Assembly (NCBI GenBank): GCA_030390025.1
Contig: CM059425.1
Span: 155,124,001 to 155,188,000, forward strand
Reading direction: 5' to 3'
From: Squalus acanthias
Lineage: Eukaryota
DNA length: 64,000 nt
The position numbers and the translations under genes were made by a program. Shown here in pieces: positions 38,169-51,400 of this stretch (the first letter of the stretch is position 1; the number at the start of each line of letters is the position of its first letter). Below the pieces are notes generated by a model, which did no database searches, had not been told where the DNA came from, and was given only the letters and a program-made list of their open reading frames with translations.

Positions 38169-40547
38169 TAACTGCCAAATTGTACTACACATATAGTTCT
38201 GCTATAAACATTCCTCTTCACAAACCCCCATAAAAGACCAACATGTACATGGAATACTCTCCCTCTGACAATCTGGAGGGAAGTCTGCACTCGCTGAAAG
38301 TACCTGTGGGCGTATTGGTCCTCTCCCCGCTGTGGTACAACACTGACCTTTTTGAGGTATCCATGCATGTGGATCATGGCAAGAGAAGGCCATAGGTTGG
38401 ACAAACTACCCCAGCAGGACCAAGTCCTCTTTTTCTAGCAGTTGGCTGACCTATCACCCAACATAATTATTCGAACTACCTCAAATCTACCATTTCATCC
38501 AGGGCCCCATCATGCCCTGTAAATTCCAAATCAAACAAGCCCCATTAAAGCTTACAATTATAATACATATACCTCAATGTAATACTGTGTCCTTCTGAAC
38601 CAGATGACTTGAACAAACCTATGTAGCTACTGGAAGTACAATCTTTATCATCCACTCTTAGGGATAAACTGGAAGGAGGCACTAAGACTGGCCCTCAACC
38701 TTCATCTGCAGTAGAATGAGTGAGGATTAACTCTGAATCTTCCATCACGTATCTCACCCCACACAAATTCCACCCAACTCTGGCAGATGAGTGATGGTGG
38801 AACTGTGGCCACATGGACACAACCCTGCACTCCTGGCCAATCTACCACTATCTAAAGCTCTCACAATCAGACCAGCGGCAGGGCTACTTGCTGAGAAGAC
38901 ATCCCCAGCACCCTGCCCAATGCCAACAAGGATTGGTGGTTGTTGTAGCTTATTGTATTACCTTATTCCCATCCCCACAAGTCCCCAGCATTCCAACCAG
39001 GGATATCCCCGACCCTCGTCACTTAATGACCATCAGGCTTTTTCTATAACAGACAGCCAATCAGCAATGGCAGTTTTACACCCGGGCGGCAAGTTGAAAA
39101 TCTACCCCAGTAATTTTCTCTCAGTCATCATGAAGAGCAAGTAGAGATGGAACTTTTTTTTTAATGAATAACTGAGCAGCTATTGTATTTTAATAGAAAA
39201 TAAAATTTGCATTTGATGGAAATTGTGTTTGGGAATATACCTGTAGCAAATACAGACTGCTGAATAAACAATGACATTTATAAGTAATTGGAAGCAGCTT
39301 TGGAGTTGCTATTCGGCAGTCTTACTCTTTGTAGCCTATTTCTGTTCCTGCACAGTCTAAACAGTCAGTGGAATCCACCCTCTGTTGGCTCTGTGTGACT
39401 GACACAGTAATATTGCTTTACCACATGTTCCACTAACAAAATAAACCTGATGAACCTCTGAGTACATTTCCAAGCTGAAGCCATATAATGCTGAGAACAG
39501 AATCAAAAACAGTAGTTTCTAAAGCAACTGCAGCAAACTAATGATCTTTCACTAACAACTATACATTGCAAGGTTGGTGTGATTTTTACATCACTGGAAT
39601 AATGCTGTATGAATAGGCTCATAGAATTTGTTCAAACTAGTACTTAACATTGCAAAAGTAAGAGATAACTTCTTCAGATGTTACTGCGTAAAAGAACTCT
39701 TATAGTAAGGAATTATGGATCTCTTGGCAACTCAACCTCAACAATCAAAAGGGCTTGGTTTCTCCATGGTTAGGGTGAGAATAAATACAAATCACCTTCA
39801 TGCCAGATTTGTGCTACTTGGCTTATATTTTCCCTTAAATTGGGTTTATTTAAAAAATGCACAAAAATTTCCTTTATCTGTGTGTTCAAATTAGTCCTCA
39901 TCAAAAATTCTTCAATTATTTTCCAACAAACACATTCCTGTACGTGCCTTTATTTTTCTCTTATGGATAGGAGTCCAGTCACAGAATATCAATTATCCAT
40001 TAAAAGAAATCTGAAAATATTACATACATTACCCTTTCCAGTCATTCCTCCTCTGCACAGACAGTAACATAGCACCTGATGGGAAATATTGAATTAATGC
40101 AGACAGAGCCTTCTGTTCTGACTTTGCACTCCCAGATGTGCACCGATTTAAAGGGAATGCACCACTGCTATGCAATATTTTATTGTTGGCTACATCAATG
40201 AAAGTCCTCTTGTTTACAATGTGCACTTATAATTGGCAGTTCCACAGCATGTTCCTCATAACTTTGAGAATATGGTCAGGTTTGCTTCCACTAGGAGTAA
40301 TGGGTGGAAATTATGCAGTGTTTGTACAATTGCTTCCCATTTTTTCCTATCCAAAGTTTTTCCTCTTTTCAGTGATGAGATCTTCCTCAATCAGGAAGAT
40401 GGGATGAGTCTTCAAATGTATCTTTAAATGCCACTGCTTAGCAGGTTCCCTGCTTAAATGGTTATTTTTTAAGCCATTGCTGGTGGGTACAATTATCTGG
40501 AATAATGTGGCCATCTACTTATATCTGCTATTAATTCAGAAGAAATG

Positions 40548-40762
40548 GCCCTAAGCTCTGGAATTCCCTTTCCACCTCTCCACCTCTCTTTCCCCCTTTA
40601 AGATGCTCCTTAAAACCTATCTCTTTGACCATGCTTTGGGTCATCTGTCCTAATATCTCCTTATGTGGCTCGGTGTCAAATTTTGTTTGATAACGCTCCT
40701 GTGAAGTGCTCTGGGACATTTTACTATGTTAAAGGTGCTATATAAATGCAAGTTTTTGTTGT
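40548..40762 (+). mobile_element. L2 LINE 3' tail
   Basis: Reverse complement of about 17904-18120. Confidence 0.85.
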
Positions 40763-41719
40763 TATGGGCAAAAAGCAGGATAAACTGTGGCAGAAAGCTT
40801 CATTTTGATGTTGCTGAAGAAATAGTGACCAAGGTTGAGACATCCTTTTTGTGTGTTTCAGCCTCTTGTGTTGCTTTCTGTCATTTTAAAATAGATAATG
40901 CTTCAGGCAGTTGTACCTTAATAAAGCAAACTCTTAAATATTTATGCTGAGTTCTGGTGCTGCAATCCATGCTCAGTAGTCAAATTATAACTGTGAGTGA
41001 AACTGCCCTGTTTATAGGTTGCTGCATGCCCATAGTTCTTTATTTTGAATTAATTTCTGTACGTGGATAAGCAGTTATTTTATCTAGCAATATCTTCTTG
41101 GACTGTCTCAACTGCTGTGAAATGCTATATTTCAATAATTTGTCCTGGGTTAGTTTAAATGTCTAGCTCACTGCAATTGTAAAGTAAATATTCCATAATT
41201 ATAAATACATTTGGATATCACAGACTTACTGCTGAGTACTGATGCTTCATTTCCAGGAGATATAATAAAGAAGATTCTATGTTCCACTTACCAATACTGC
41301 CAGATGCTAGCATGTTAGTGTACATTTATATTTTATAATATTTGTAGAACAAGCAAGTCTTGGTGCTAGAAATTTTAACTAACTCTATGACAATTTATTA
41401 AATATGTAATTTTTGACAGCCGAGTTGCAGGAGCAAAGGTTGTAGCGATATGTCACATCAATAGAATATTGCATAGGATGTTGAGTTTACCTTGTTTAAT
41501 TCATTCATGGAGGAGACAGTATAATACACGTGACATAGCACTGATGTGTTATGAAGTGTTTTATTCTGAAATAAACCTGGTATCCATAGAATATATCATT
41601 TCCATGTTGTAATTTCTTTCAGCCCAACCAGTCCATGTTGTTTATCCTCCACATGAGCAGTAGTCCCTATCCCATGTGCCCACTCTGTTCTCAAATCCAT
41701 TTATTTCCTGAATTCCAAC

Positions 41720-42925
41720 GGATGCAGCCTTGAGTACATCTGATACACAACTAGTTTAGCAATCCATTACCAGATCTGGCTGGGCCACGTCAAGCACTAT
41801 CGGGCCACACTCTACTCTGCCAAACTGTCTACCATTCCAGGATTATCCCAGAGATCAAAGATAACCTCCAGATTCTTTTCCTCACTACCAATCATCTCTA
41901 GAAACCTCCACCCTCACCTCCAACAACAACTGCGAAGAGCTCATGGACTTCTTCGTCACTAAGGTTGAGACCATCTGTTCAGCTGCTTTGCCCTCTTTCC
42001 CTTGCCCTCCAAGGCTAACCCTGAGCCCACACTTTTCTCCAGTGTTTCCCCTATCTCCCAGCATGCTCGCTCTGAACTAATTTTGTCCATAAGATCCACC
42101 TCCAGATCCCTTAACCCCATTCCCACTAAATTGTTGACCACCCAATTTCCCTTCCGGGCCCTCATGCTAGCTGACATTGTAAATGGTCTCTTTTTCTCGG
42201 ATATTGCGCCCTTCCTTAAAGATGTCATCGCCGCCCTCCCACCCCCCAAAAAACCCTCCTTTCCCTCTCAAGTCCTTGAATGTGTTGTCACCTCTCAAAT
42301 CCACACCCAATCAGGTTTCTGCCCATGCCACAACACCAAAACAACCCTAACCAAAATCATAGTTGACATCCTTTGTGACTATGACAATGGTGCATTATCC
42401 TTCCTTGCGCTCTCTACAACCCTCGATACAGTTGAGCACACCATCTTCTTCCAGTGTGTCTCATCCATTTTTTAGCTCGGTGGGATTGCTGTCACTTGGT
42501 TCCACTCAATTATTCAAAAATAGCCAGAACATCTCTAGCGATGGATTCTCTTCCCATCTCTGCATCACTCCCTCTGGAGTACCCAAGGATTTCTTCTTGG
42601 CCCATCCTCTTCCTTATCTACATGTTGCCCTTTGGTTGCATCATCTGGAGACAAGGGGTCAGTTTCCACATGTACGCTGATAACATCCAGCTCTCTCCAC
42701 CACCTCTCTTAACTTCAGTGTTGTCAGACTACTTGTCCAACATCCAATCCTAGATGACCTGCAATTTCCTCCAATTCAACATTGGGAAATCCAAAGTCAT
42801 CGTCTTCAGCCCCTACCACAAACTCCTACCATTTTACTATGATTCCAACCCCTTCACTGGCCATTGTCTCAGGCTGAACTACACTGTTTGCTACCCTGGC
42901 ATCTTATTCATCCCCAAGCTGAGCA
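41720..42925 (+). mobile_element. Decayed L2 LINE RT region
   Basis: LNPIPTKLL, QSGFCPCHNTKT, LFLIYMLP, FHMYADNIQL, LQFNIGKS. Confidence 0.8.
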
Positions 42926-43454
42926 TCACAGTTAGGCTGCTATCAGGTCCTAAAAACCCTGAATGCCAGGGTCTGGAAGTCCATGATGCTGCCAAACATT
43001 CTATGATGTCTGCAATGAAGAGAAAGCTGCCCTGAAGTTGCTGCAATTGAGGGTTGTAGACGCAGGTCACAACTGTCCGTTGCCACATATCCTCAGAGAC
43101 TGACCTCAGAGCCTTCACAAAGATGTGATGGTCCAGAATATCCTTCTTTTCAGGTACGTACCCATGAGTTCTGGGTCCCACAACTTCAAAGTCATGAGCA
43201 GCTTATTCTTTGGCTTCCACTAGAAAGGTGGCACATCCTCAACCATTCCCCACTACTCTGGCTGCCTCATCCTCTGTGAATCTACCAATGCCACATCCTC
43301 ACTAACATTATCCACTTCGCCCTGGATGAAAGTATCTAAGCTGGTGCAAGGGAATGAAAAATCAAATGACACATCAGATGAGAACAGAAGGTTGTGGGAG
43401 AGGAAGATGAAGCAGGATCTTGTTCCAGGGACACAAGGCTGGACTTGTCCTTCA

Positions 43455-45448
43455 CATAGAAACATAGAAACATAGAAGATAGGAGCAGGAGTAGGCCATT
43501 CGGCCCCTCGAGCCTGCTCCGCCATTCAATGCGATCATGGCTGATCATCCAAATTCAGTACCATGTCCCTGCTTTCTCCCCATATCCCTTGATCCCCTTA
43601 GCCTTAAGAAATATATCTAACTCCTTCTTGAATATATTTAATGAATTGGACTCAACTGTCTTCTGTGGTAGAGAATTCCACAGGTTCATCACTCTCTGGG
43701 TGTAGAAATTCCTCCTCATCTCAATCCTAAATGGCTTACCCCTTATCCTTAGACTGTGACCCCTGGTTCTGGACTCACCCGCCATCGGGAACATCCTTCC
43801 TGCATCTAGTCTGTCTAGTCCTGTTAGAATTTTATAAGTTTCAATGAGATCCCCTCTCATTCTTCTAAACTCTAGCGAATACAAGCCCAATCGACCCAAT
43901 CTCTCTTCATACGTCATTCCTGCCATCCCAGGTATCAGTCTGGTGAATCTTCGCTGCACTCCCTCCATGGCAAGAACATCCTTCCTCAGATAAGGCGACC
44001 AAAACTGCACACAATACTCAAGGTGTGGTCTCACCAAAGCCCTGTACAACTGCAGCAAGACCTCCTTGCTCCTGTACTCGAATCCTCTCACTATGAAGGC
44101 CAACATACCATTTGCCTTCTTAACCGCCTGCTGCACCTGCATGCTTACCTTCAGCGACTGGTGCACAAGGACACCCAGGTCTCGTTGCACTTTCCCTTTT
44201 CCCAATCTATTGCCGTTCAGATAATAATATGCCTTCCTGTTTTTGCCACCCAAGTGGATAACCTCACATTTATCCACATTGGGCAGATGCATGGCAGATG
44301 CAGTATAATCACCCAACCTGTCCAAATCATACTGGAGTTTCTCTGCATCCTCCTCACAACACACACGCCCACCCAGCGTTGTTTCGTCTGCAAACTTGGA
44401 GATATTACATCTAGTTCCCTCGTCTAGATCATTAATATATATTGTGAATAACTGGGGTCCTAGCACCGATCCCTGCGGTACCCCACTAGTCACTGCCTGC
44501 CACTCAGAAAAAGATCTGTTTATTCCAACTCTTTGCTTCCTGTCTGCCAACCAGTTCTCTATCCAAGTCAGTACCTTACCCCCAATCCCATGTGCTTTAA
44601 CTTTGCACGCTAATCTCTTATGCGGGACCTTATCAAAAGCCTTCTGAAAGTCCAAATACACCACATCCACTGGTTCTCCCTTATCTATTCTACCAGTTAC
44701 ATCCTCAAAAAATTCCAGTAGATTAGTCAAGCATGATTTACCTTTTGTAAATCCATGTTGACTTTGTCCGATCCTGTCACTGCTTTCCAAGTGCTCTGCT
44801 ATTACATCTTTCATAATGGACTCTAGCATTTTCCCCACTACCGATGTCAGGCTTACCGGTCTATAATTCCCCGTTTTCTCTCTCCCACCTTTTTTAAATA
44901 GTGGGGTTATATTAGCTACCCTCCAATCCATGGGAACTGTTCCAGAGTCTATAGAATTTTGGAAGATGACCAGCAATGCATCTACTATTTCTAGGGCCAC
45001 TTCCTTAAGTACCCTAGGATGTAGATTATCAGGCCCTGGGGATTTATTGGCCTTCAATCCCGTCAATTTCCCTAACATCATTTCCCTACAAATACTGATT
45101 TCATTCAGTGCCTCCCTCTCATTAAACCCTATGTTCCCCGACATCTCTGGGAGGTTATTTGTGTCCTCCTTTGTGAAGACAGAACCAAAGTATGTATTTA
45201 ATTGGTCTGCCATTTCTTTGTTCCCCATTATAAATTCCCCTGATTCTGACTGCAAGGGACCTGCGCTTGACTTCACTAATCTTTTTCTCTTCACATATCT
45301 ATAGAAGCTTTTACAGTCAGTTCTTATATTCCCTGCAAGCTTACTCTCATACTCTATTTTCCCCCTCTTGATGAATCCCTTTGTCCTCCTTTGCTGAATC
45401 CTAAACTGCTCCCAATCCTCAGGTTTGCTGCTTTTTCTGGCCAATTTA
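43455..45448 (-). mobile_element. CR1 LINE, 5'-truncated, 629-aa open RT frame
   Basis: NYRPVSLTS, QHGF, YLDFQKAFDKV, GVPQGSVLGP, KFADET; (catagaaa)n tail at 43455-43478. Confidence 0.95.
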
Positions 45449-45715
45449 TTCTCTTTTCATATCATCATCTCTTAGCAGTGCCATCCTCATAGACCACGAT
45501 GCAGAAGTTCCATCTATTCTGCTCCTTTTCATCATCATCAATTTTCTCTTACTCATTGTCTGCTCCTCTGCTATTGTGTTGGATCTGCAGGGAAGGAATG
45601 TACAATCTAAAAATGTGTGAGATTAAGGAGACAGAGAAGGGTGTGAAAGGTCTGTCTGTGTGCTGCTTGACCGGGATGCCAAATGATTGTGCAGGTGTGA
45701 ACCCTCTAGTGTCAG

Positions 45716-46159
45716 GCAGTGGCCTCTGAGTCGGAAGGTTGTGGGTTCAAGTCCCACTCCAGAGACATGAGCACAAAAATCTAGGTTGACACTCCAGTGC
45801 AGTACTGAGGGAGTGCTGCACTGTCGGAGGTGCTGTCTTTTAGATGAGACATTAAACCGCGGCCCCGTCTACTTTCTCAGGTGGACGTAAAAGATCCCAT
45901 GGCACTATTTCGAAGAAGAGTACAAGAGTTATCCCTGGTGTCCTGGCCAATATTTATCCTTCAATCAACATCACTAAGCAAATTATCTGGTCATTGTCAC
46001 ATTGCTGTTTGTGGGAGCTTGCTGTGTGCAAATTGCCTGCCGCATTTCCTACATTGCAACAGTAACTAAACTTCAAAAAGTACTTCATTGACTGTAAAAC
46101 GCTTTGGGATGTCTGGTGGTCGTGAAAGATGCTATATAAATGCAAGTCTTACTTTCTTT
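45716..46159 (+). mobile_element. Deu-domain SINE (SacSINE1-like)
   Basis: Same family as 24331-24798. Confidence 0.9.
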
Positions 46160-48206
46160 ATCTAACCTGGCAATGGCACTGTAGAGTGTCACAGTCCCAT
46201 GCTCCTTGTAGGTAATGACATTTTAGAGGTAAGGTGTTTGTTGGTGTCCAGGGTGTCCATGAAAGTGAAGGGAGATCGGCTGTAATGTTACCTTTTCTTC
46301 CCTGGTCTTGCGGTACTGCTCTATAGTTCTAGGCGTTGGTACTCAATGCCAGTGTCACCTCCCTATGGAGACCTAAAAATATCACACTCCTCTGTTCAAT
46401 CTGCTTGGAGGGTTTGGAGGTTGGTCTGATTGAATTTGTGAGCTCTTCTTTGCTCTACTCTTATTGACTCTTTGGTTGCCTGTGTCAGATCCTCTGGTAA
46501 AAGACTTTCTTTAAAAATGGGACAAAAGCACACATTGAGTCATCCAGTGCAATTATCTGTGATCCAAACACTTTCCGACTGAACTGCTGCTCCCTAGCCT
46601 ATTGCTGCTATCTTCAGCTAAACTTGTTTTCTTTCCAAAGACTGTAATCTGATATTTAAGCACGCCCAGCACATTACTCCTGTATTACTTGGGATTTCCA
46701 TTAAAGAACTAGCAACTTAAATGAGCAGTGCCAGAAAATTTTGAAAGGATTCAGCTCTGCAGAGCATCAGTGCGTTTAACTCCAGACTCATTGACGCAAA
46801 TCCAGCCCAACTCATCACGTGAAATTTCGGGGCCCAAGTATTAACAATATCGGGGGAAATAATTTTCTGCAAACATCTGATAATGATTATAATGTTGTGG
46901 GTCATAATTAGGAGGTCTCCAAAAAAAGCAGGACTAAACTGTAGAGCCTTAAAAAGTGTGAGTGGTGGCTCACGAACACTCACTACTACTATTCTACACT
47001 GGCAGCACAAGGCCTCATACGATCTGAGCTATGGGGTTTAAAGCAGAGACTTTCAGTCTTCTAATCTACTTTGGAGGCTCAGGCCTGGAATTGTTTCTCA
47101 GGATGACACAAATTTAAGTACGATTACCTGGAATATAGCAGAGATAAAATAAATCACCATTTTTTTTTCTTTCTAATTCACCCCTTTTCCCCATGTTTTC
47201 CTGAAGGCACTGACTTTTGCTGGATTATGGTTCCATGCATGCTGGCAGTTCAGCAGTACCTCATCTAAGTGACCATACCTCCAATTGATAGTTAGAGTCC
47301 GCAGGCTACTCAACCTTGGGCATCACAGACAAATGTGATCCTGTCCTCTCCGAACTTGGAGGATGTGGAATCAATATGGGTTGAGCTGCAGAACACCAAA
47401 GGGCAGAAAACGTTAGTGGGGGTTGTGTACAGACCTCCAAACAGTAGTAGTGAGGTGGGGGAGGGTATGAAACAGGAAATCAGAGGTGCATGCAAAAAAG
47501 GCGCAGCAGTTATCATGGGTGACTTTAATATGCATATAGATTGGGCTACTCAAACTGGAAGCAATACGGTGGAGGAGGATTTCCTGGAGTGTTTAAGGGA
47601 TGGTTTCCTAAACCAATATGTTGAGGAACCAACTGGAGGGGAGGCCATCCTGGACTGGGTGTTGTGTAATGAGGAAGGACTAATCAGCAATCTTGTGGTG
47701 CGAGGCCCCTTGGGGAAGAGTGACCATAGTATGGTGGAGTTCTACATTAGGATGGAGAAGGAAACAGTTAATTCAGAGACCATGGTCCAGAACTTAAATA
47801 AGGGCAACTTTGAGGGTATGAGGCGTGAATTGGCGAGGTTAGATTGGCAAGCGATATTTAAGGGGTTATCAGTGGAAGGGCAATGGCAGACATTTAGAGA
47901 TCGCATGGATGAACTACAGCAATTGTACATCCCTGTCTGGCGTAAAAATAAAAAAGGGAAGGTGGCTAAACCATGGCTAACAAGGGAAATCAGGGATAGT
48001 ATTAAAAGCAAGGAAGTGGCATACAAATTGGCCAGAAGTAGCAGCAAACCCGGGGACTGGGAGAACTTTAAAACTCAGCAGAGGAGGACGAAGGGTTTGA
48101 TTAGGGCAGGGAAAATAAAATATGAAAGGAAGCTTGCGGAGAACATTAAAACGGACTGCAAAAGCTTCTATAAATATGTAAAAAGAAAGAGGTTAGTAAA
48201 AACAAA

Positions 48207-48400
48207 TGTCGTAAGAATGAGCCTTACGCGTGGTGAACTTAAAGTAAGCTTTAATCAACTAAAAAGGTGCTACATACAAAAGAGGTCTTACTCTATGCCT
48301 CTCCAGGATCCAACTGATCAGCCCAGTATTTATCCTGGACTAATCACAGGAAGTGATGTAATAAAGTTCAAGTCACAGGAAGCTGTATTGTGTTACCACA
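48207..48400 (-). repeat. 3' LTR
   Basis: Direct repeat of 52495-52688 with 2 substitutions; adjacent to PPT ggggggggggagaa on the minus strand. Confidence 0.97.
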
Positions 48401-48465
48401 TTCTCCCCCCCCCCAAAAGATTAGGAGGCCGGGATGAAGTTCGAGTCACAGGAAGCTGTATTGTG

Positions 48466-51400
48466 TTACCACATTCTCCCTCCATTTCGTAGCCGCTGGA
48501 CGAGGGAGAGCCGCACCCGTTTGGGTTCTCGTAGCGGTAGAGGGCCCCTAGCCCGTTTACCCGCCGCAGGCCGTGGACCAGAGTCCGAGTGATCCAGCCC
48601 GCTCTGTGAGGGGTCAGGACGATCCTGACTGTGTACTGGTGCCCGAACGGGTGTCGGGCAGGGCTGTGGCAGATCCGTTTCCGAGCGTATGGTACGGGGT
48701 GGATCGTGGCTGCGCGTGCGAGCCCCGACGGGCTCATAGTCAGTCTGCCCCAGGTCGGCACGCTGGAGTGAGGTACCAGCCGGCGTCAGATCCAGATTGT
48801 GATGAGAGGCACCTGGCGAGCCCAGAGATGTGCCTGGTACAATATCATCCCCTGGTGTCCCTCTATGTTTCGGCGGGCAGGGAGCCAGATCCCGCAATGA
48901 CACGGTAGATTCCCGACCGTCAGGATACCGAATATAGGCGTAGGTAGGGTTGACGTCAGTGAGCTCAACCTCATCTACCAGGGGGTCATTCTTAGACGCC
49001 CGAACATCTCTTCGGAGTAGCACTGGTCCCGGTGCAGTCAGCCACGACGGGAGAGATATCCCATAGGATGAGCGACGCTGAAATCGGAAGAACCGTTCAT
49101 GAGGCGTCGTATTTGTGGCAGTCGAAAGGAGGGACCGTGTGGAGTGTAATGCGTCTGGAAGTACTGCTTCCCATTGCTGGTTGGGTAGGCCCCGAGATCT
49201 CAAAGCCAGACGTACCGCATTCCAGATGATAGCGTTAAAACGCTCGACTTGCCCATTCCCGACCGGATGATAAGGCGTCGTTCTGCTGGCAGCAATACCC
49301 CGTTCCGAGAGATAGGCCTTGAGTTCTCCTGACATAAAAGAAGGGCCCCGATCCGAATGAACATAGGATGCCATGCCACAGAAAGCAAATACCTGCTCAA
49401 GGCAGCTGATAACCGTGGTCGTCAGCATATTGGGGCAGGGAAAGGCAAACGGAAAACGGGAATACTCATCGACCATGGTCAATAGATAAGTGTTGCGAGT
49501 TGAAGAGGGCAACGGCCCCTTAAAATCGATGCTAAGCCGTTGCATTGGCTGGGTCACATGTATGAGTATACCACCCGAGGGGCGGAAAAACTGAGGTTTC
49601 AATTCCGCACAGACTCTGCAGTCCGAGCACATCTTCTTTACATCCCCGGTAGAGAATGGGAGATTTCGGGACCGCACGAAGTGTAGCATGCGAGTAACGC
49701 CCGGATGACACAACCCATCATGGATGTCTACGAGCGTAGAGGGTGCCATGGCGGAGCAGAATGCTCGTGTGAGGGTATCCGGAGCCACATTCTCCTTGCC
49801 AGGTCGATAGTGGATGGTGTAACCAAAAGAGGCCAATTCCAGCCGCCAAAGCTGGATTTTATTATTTTTAATTTTGGTCCGTTTTCGATTATCGAGCATG
49901 AAGGCGACCGATCACTGGTCCGTGATTAAGGTAAAGTGCTGGCGAGCTAGGAGATGACTCCACTTCCGTACTGCCTCTATGATGGCTGTAGCTTCTTTCT
50001 CGACTGGAGGATAATGTAGCTCAGCCCCTTGAAAAGTCCTGGACAAAAATGCCACCGGACGACCTTCCTGATTCAGAGTGGCCGAGATCGCCACCTCCGA
50101 GGCATCACACTCAACAACAAAAGGAAGACTCTCATCGATGGAGTGAAGAGCCGCTTTCTCCAACTGTTTTTTCAGGAGGTTAAAGGCTGCAACAGCCGCT
50201 GTGTCTAGTGGGAATGTGCTGGCCTTCAGTAGAGGTTGGATTCGGTCCGAGAAGTTAAGAATCCATTTAGCATAGTATGCAAACAGGCCGAGGGCCCGGC
50301 GCAAGGAGGCCGGATTCTTAGGTGGCGGGAGTTCTTGGAGTGGGCGAAGCCTTTCAGGGTCAGGTTTAATGATGTCATTGCCCACACAGTAGCCAAGGAT
50401 GTTGATGGTTGGTTGTGACTCAATGGATTTAGCCGCATTTAATGTCAAATTACGGTGCTGGAGTGCATCCCAAAATCGTTGGAGATTGGCGTCATGTTCC
50501 CGCTGATTGCGACCTGCGACAGTAATATTGTCCAGATAAGGAAACGTATCCTTTAAGTCTTCCTGTTTGACCAGGTCATCCATTGCTCGCTGGAAGACAG
50601 CCATTCCATTAGTGACCCCAAAGGGGAGGCGACGAAATTGATACAGCCGTCCATTGGCTTCAAAGGCCGTATACTGCTTGTCTGAGACCTTCAAGGGTAC
50701 CTGATGATAGGCACTTTTCAGATCATATGTTGAGAACACCGTGTACTCAGCCAGTTTATTAACCATATCATCGATGCGCGGCAATGGGTATGCGTCCAAG
50801 TCCGTATATTGATTGATGGTCTGTGAATAGTCAATGCACAGCCGTTTCTTGTGAGGTTGTAGAGGGTTCTTAACAATAACGACCTGGGCGCGCCATGGCG
50901 ACGAACAAGGCTCGATGATATCCTCTGCTAAAAGCCGAGAAATCTCAGCCGCAATAAAAGACTGGTCTTCCTGACTGAAACGTCGTGACTTTGTTATAAT
51001 CGGTTTGCATCGAGGAGGGATACTGGTAAACAGTGAGGGTTCATCCAGTGAAGCTGCTGACAATGCACAGAACGGTAATCGAGGTCGTATATTAGAAATA
51101 GTGAGTTCAGGTTTGGATCCGCCGAACTCAATGGTGAGCTTCTTATGCTGCTTTTGAAAATCTAGCCCTAAGATAAGATCACTACATAAGTCCTTGAGCA
51201 CTGAAAGCCGGGTGGAGGGATACCTGTGACCATTAAGTATTATTTCAACCATACAAAAGCCAGAAATTCTGGTATTAAGTGATGACTGAGCCATCGCAAT
51301 TGCCTGGTCCGATGGGAAAACATGTAGCTTTAACTCTGCAACAATCTGTTCCCTAATGAAACTATCAGTGCTACCTGAGTCAATTAAGGCATCTAAAGTA

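Noticed and set aside
42925-43455. Possible Tx1/L1 ORF1 remnant
   Set aside because: Only a faint resemblance; too decayed to support without a search.
47335-48492. 385-aa ORF as a novel fusion gene
   Set aside because: CR1 endonuclease frame reading by chance into the antisense LTR.
49912-49914. Programmed gag-pol readthrough stop
   Set aside because: The stop lies within RNase H rather than at the gag/pol boundary; a point mutation is simpler.
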